A DNA stretch of 64,000 nucleotides from contig OX597840.1 of the NCBI GenBank assembly GCA_951406725.2, forward strand, positions 27,280,001-27,344,000. Reading direction: 5' to 3'. A model generated the notes under the pieces. The model searched no databases. It was not told the origin of the DNA and worked only from the letters and a program-made list of their open reading frames with translations. The stretch's first letter is position 1, and every line of letters starts with the position of its first letter. Position numbers and translations under genes: made by a program. The DNA is from Octopus vulgaris. Taxonomy: Eukaryota. This document shows positions 59,619 through 64,000 of the stretch, one piece after another.

Positions 59619-60015
59619 ACTCTTTTACTCTTTTACTTGTTTCAGTCATTTGACTGCGGCCATGCTGGAGCACCGCCTTTAATCGAGCAACTCGACCCCG
59701 GGACTTATTCTTTTGTAAGCCCAGTACTTATTCTATCGGTCTCTTTCTTGCCGAACCGCTAAGTGACGGGGACATAAACACACCAGCATCGGTTGTCAAG
59801 CAATGCTAGGGGGACAAACACAGACACACATACATATATATATATACATATACACGACGGGCTTCTTTCAGTTTCCGTCTACCAAATCCACTCACAAGGC
59901 TTTGGTCGGCCCGAGGCTATAGTAGAAGACACTTGCCCAAGGTGCCACGCAGTGGGACTGAACCCGGAACCATGTGGTTGGTAAACAAGCTACTTACCAC
60001 ACAGCCACTCCTGCG
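59619..60015 (-). mobile_element. SINE family A
   Basis: Full-length reverse copy. Confidence 0.9.
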
Positions 60016-60355
60016 TGGTTTCTTGTAAGAACGATGATGATGATGATGACTTCGGAAAAAGGGAGGGAAAAGACACACGCACAGATACGTACATATATGT
60101 ATCCCGCGCACGCATACACACACACCGATACAGACGCACGTTCACATACCCGAACAAACGCACACACACATGTACGTATGCATGCGTACACACACACATA
60201 CATATATGCTCGCGCACAAATACACACACACTCAGATGCACGTTCGCACACACACACATGCACATACACATGCACACGCACACACACCGACACACGTTCG
60301 CAAGCATACACACACACACACATGGACGCACGCATGCATATACATGCACACACTG

Positions 60356-60386
<31 letters not shown>

Positions 60387-61187
60387 ACAATAACAAAAAA
60401 ATGAGAGCAATTTTCAATTTACTCCTACCAGTTCTGTGCAGTTTTAAAGCATTGTGTCTTCAAGAATTTATATTTTTCTTATAATCGATTCTTCTGCGAC
60501 TCTAACAATAACAACAATAACGACGACAATAACAACAACAATAACAAAAGCATTGACATTTACCTACGACCCAAATGTCACCGAGCTTGATACAAAGCAA
60601 TTTTGCCAAAACAACCGCCAAAATCAAATATGAGTAGTAGCCACTCCGAAACGTACGTTGCATTCATAAGAACCCCAAAAAGTGTATTGAAACGAATGTG
60701 ATATTTGCCCCAACAAAAATTAGTTTCATATTTTGGCACAGGGCCAGCAATTTTTATGGGTGGGTAAAGTCGATTACATCATCTCCTGTGTTCAATTCGT
60801 ACTTATTTTATCGACCCCTAAAGTATGAAAAGCAAAGTTGACCACGGCGAAATTTGAGCTCAGAACGTTTAGGCACAAATACTAGGCTTACAAAGAATAA
60901 GTTCTGGGGTCGATTTGCTCGACTAAAGGCGGTGCTCCAGCATGGCCGCAGTCACATGACTGAAAAAAGTAAAAGAGTTGAAGAGTCAAGAGAGAGTGTG
61001 TTGAGGCTAGCATCTTGTACACAGAGAAGAAAAGACTATTTGTCGTCTACCTGAAGTTGAGACCGAGTTCAAAAGCAACAACAGAGACATTCACTCATAA
61101 GCTTGTGTAACACTGCGCGGCACCATGGGCAGGTGTTTTCTGCGATAGCCTCAGGCTAACCAAAGCCTTGTGCGTGGATTTGGTAAA

Positions 61188-61582
61188 TCTTTATATATAA
61201 AAGTGAAGTTGTGTGAGTGTCTGTCTCCTACGATTTAGATTCCTAACTACTCCCACGTTTTGCGGTGCAGTTTAACCAAAACTTATAGTCGTGATTCATA
61301 TCGAGCCCTTCTGGGTATTAGCGCGCGTCTACGATGAGTCTACGATTTAAAAAAAAAATTACCATCATTTTTTTTCCATTTTAATGCATTTTTTTCGCTA
61401 TTATATAAGGGAAGTAACTCTCTAAAAATGTCTACGATGAGTCAACGATTTAAAAACAAATTTACCATCATTTATTTCCATTTTTAATGCATTTTTTTGC
61501 GATTTTTTGGCTATAACTCTCTAAAAATGCTTATATAGTTATTTCCCTTACAAACCCGAGCAACGCCGGGCGATACCGCTAG
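61188..61582 (+). mobile_element. Non-autonomous Helitron inserted into an old SINE A
   Basis: A|TC start, subterminal hairpin, CTAG|T end; the host SINE reads gatttggtaaa|tggaaa across the insertion. Confidence 0.88.
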
Positions 61583-61999
61583 TGGAAATTAAAGCAGTTT
61601 GTCGTATGCGTGTCGTTATGAGAATCTCGGTCAGAGATTACTATTGCGTCGTCTACCCGAAGTTCAGACCGAGTGCAAAATGCCCCAATAAACAGAAATA
61701 TTCACTCATGTACTTGCTTAACAGTGCATAGCGCGCTTGATACAAGGACGAAATTCAAGCGAATAGAATCACCAGTTGATTCCCTAAACAACGTACAATA
61801 CCATTTCAAAAAACAGAAAATGTACTTAGGTTGGAATCACTCTATGTGGAACATGCCACTGATAGGCTGCTCATGAGAATAGCATCTCGCATCACCATTA
61901 TCATCATCATCATCATCATCATCATCTTTATTTTGTTGTCATGGTGCTACTCTCGTAACGAACTTAATCATATTTTCTATTGAACCACAATCCGTGACC

Positions 62000-63110
62000 T
62001 TGGATGAGAAATCCATTTTTCCCCATTTATAAAAGAAGTATTTTTCTTCTCGTTTGTTCTATGTAGCGATGACTTTCTGGATAATTCCTGCTAAACCAAT
62101 TACACAGGAGTTCTTGCAACGCGTCCACTCACCCCTATATAAAGGTCTAGTTTACCAAAGTTTTCTCTTATATTCTTCGTCGCAATTCCAAAAAAATTCC
62201 CATGATAATTGACAGGATTATGACCGCATTAACTTCGTTCTAGCATTTGAGCATTTCGGTATAATAATCTGCCTTTTTTTTTTTTTTTTCCATTTTTCTT
62301 GACTTTGATAACAAATGGACATGCCACGTTCTTTAGAGCACAGAATATTTTTCTTCTTAATATTCGGTTCGTTCTCATCTATTCTTCTTTCGATCTGTGC
62401 AAGAAATTCCTGAAGCAATTTCACTTCGTCGTTTTCGAAGAATTACATTTCTATTCCCAAGAATGCAAAACAGCAAACGAATCTCTTACAAGAATTCTGG
62501 TGAATTACTATCGCAATTTTACATAATACCAACATTTTTATATTTAACCCCTTCCCCTATCTGTCGACATTTTGATACAATGCTTGTGAACCATCGTACA
62601 TTCTGCATTTGGGTAAACAGTCTCACTGTTCTATCATTCCCTTTATCCATTTTAAGACGTTTAAGGCATATTTCTGTGCTGTTCGGATCATTCCTTGGGT
62701 TTCATTTTTCAATACCCCTTTCTTTAACCATAGCCAGCAGTCCCTGTTATCTCTTAGCTCCTTTTTTTTTCTTTTTGTAAAATACTGAATAAAACATTTT
62801 TTCTTCAAATTTTGGCTTCTCTTTTTCACTTTTTCTCGTTCTCTCTTCCTGAGTTCTGCAAAATTCCCTAATAATCCTTCTCTTATTGGCCCCTTAAGGA
62901 ATGCTTCTTCTTTGTCTTTAAGACAGGAACCTAAACTCCTCTTCTCTACTTCTACTTCCTCTTCGACATTCATTAACCCTTTCTTTCTCTCCCCATTCTT
63001 TTCCTGTATAATTTGTTCACATCCGATTGGGGTTGCACGCTTCTGTGCATTGGGAGTTCTTATAATGCATGGATACTAGGGGAATATCTCCTGTATATCA
63101 AATGTGATAT
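62000..63110 (-). pseudogene. Degenerate R4/Dong-like (RLE) LINE fragment
   Basis: CWLWLKKGVLKNETQGMIRTAQKYAL followed by a KCRM zinc-knuckle relic. Confidence 0.75.
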
Positions 63111-63154
63111 GGAATGACAAAGGGTCAATAATTGCAGTTATTTTCCAAAGTTCT

Positions 63155-63578
63155 TACTTTACTTTTACTTTTTACTTATTTACTTGTTTCAGTCATTTGA
63201 CTGCGGCCATGCTAGAGCACCGCCTTTAGTCGAGCAAATCGACCCCGGGACTTATTCTTTTTGTAAGCCCAGTACTTATTCCATCGGTCTCTTTTGCCGA
63301 ACCGCTAAGTGACGGGGACGTAAACACACCAGCATCGGTTGTTAAGCAATGCTAGGGGGACAAACACAGACACACAAACACATACACGCACATACCTATA
63401 TACATATATATATATATATACGACGGGCTTCTTTCAGTTTCCGTCTACCAAATCCACTCACAAGGCATTGGTCGGCCCGGAGCTATAGCAGAAGACACTT
63501 ACCCAAGATGCCACGCAGTGGGACTGAACCCGGAACCATGCGGTTGGTTAGCAAACTACTTACCACACAGCCACTCCT
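63155..63578 (-). mobile_element. SINE family A
   Basis: Full reverse copy; another head starts at about 63839(+). Confidence 0.9.
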
Positions 63579-64000
63579 AAAATTAATAAAAATGAAGGCA
63601 GTGTATTTAAACAGAAGTATAGCAACAAATGAGCAAAATGTTGCAAGTGTGAATTTCGGTCTTGGCCCTTTGCCTGTCCAAAGCATTTTCATAAGGTTGT
63701 CCTAAATGTCCATTCTTGTTTTCAGATTTATAGTTAACCCTTGTTTCACATGTTCTGATTCGTATAAAGCTTTTCTTCAAGAAGTCCCCAAGTTACTCTA
63801 GTGGTTGGAGAAAAAATTAGAAATGTTTATCATATATAGGCCCAGGAGTAGCTTGCTTACCAACCACATGGTTTCGGGTTCAGTCCCATCGCGTGGCACC
63901 TTGGACAAGTGTCTTCTACTATAGCTGCGGGTCAACCAAAGCCTTTTAAGTGAATTTGGTAGATGGAAACTGAAAGAAGCCCGTCGTACATATATGTATG

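Overview
AT-rich, microsatellite-saturated animal genomic DNA. The tRNA-derived SINE set and repeat landscape suggest an octopus or other coleoid cephalopod (inference). Almost all ORFs in the supplied track are microsatellite artefacts. The only plausible host coding sequence is one short exon (21672-21768, +) resembling the N-terminus of a class B1 (calcitonin/CGRP/DH31-type) GPCR, so the window is probably mostly intron. The rest is mobile DNA. There are five modular SINE families (labelled A-E here), Helitrons, Tc1/mariner, Merlin-like and pogo-like elements, RTE and R4/Dong-like LINE fragments, Penelope RT and GIY-YIG relics, and a 5S rRNA pseudogene. Two systems stand out. (1) A dense set of short, often fold-back, Penelope-type elements lodged in (TA)n/(CATA)n microsatellites that carry type-I hammerhead ribozyme motifs of several sequence families, with palindromic stem III and covarying stem I. 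(2) A Tx1/L1-clade retrotransposon whose four copies all abut (GATA)n microsatellites in the same orientation, suggesting sequence-specific targeting of GATA repeats.
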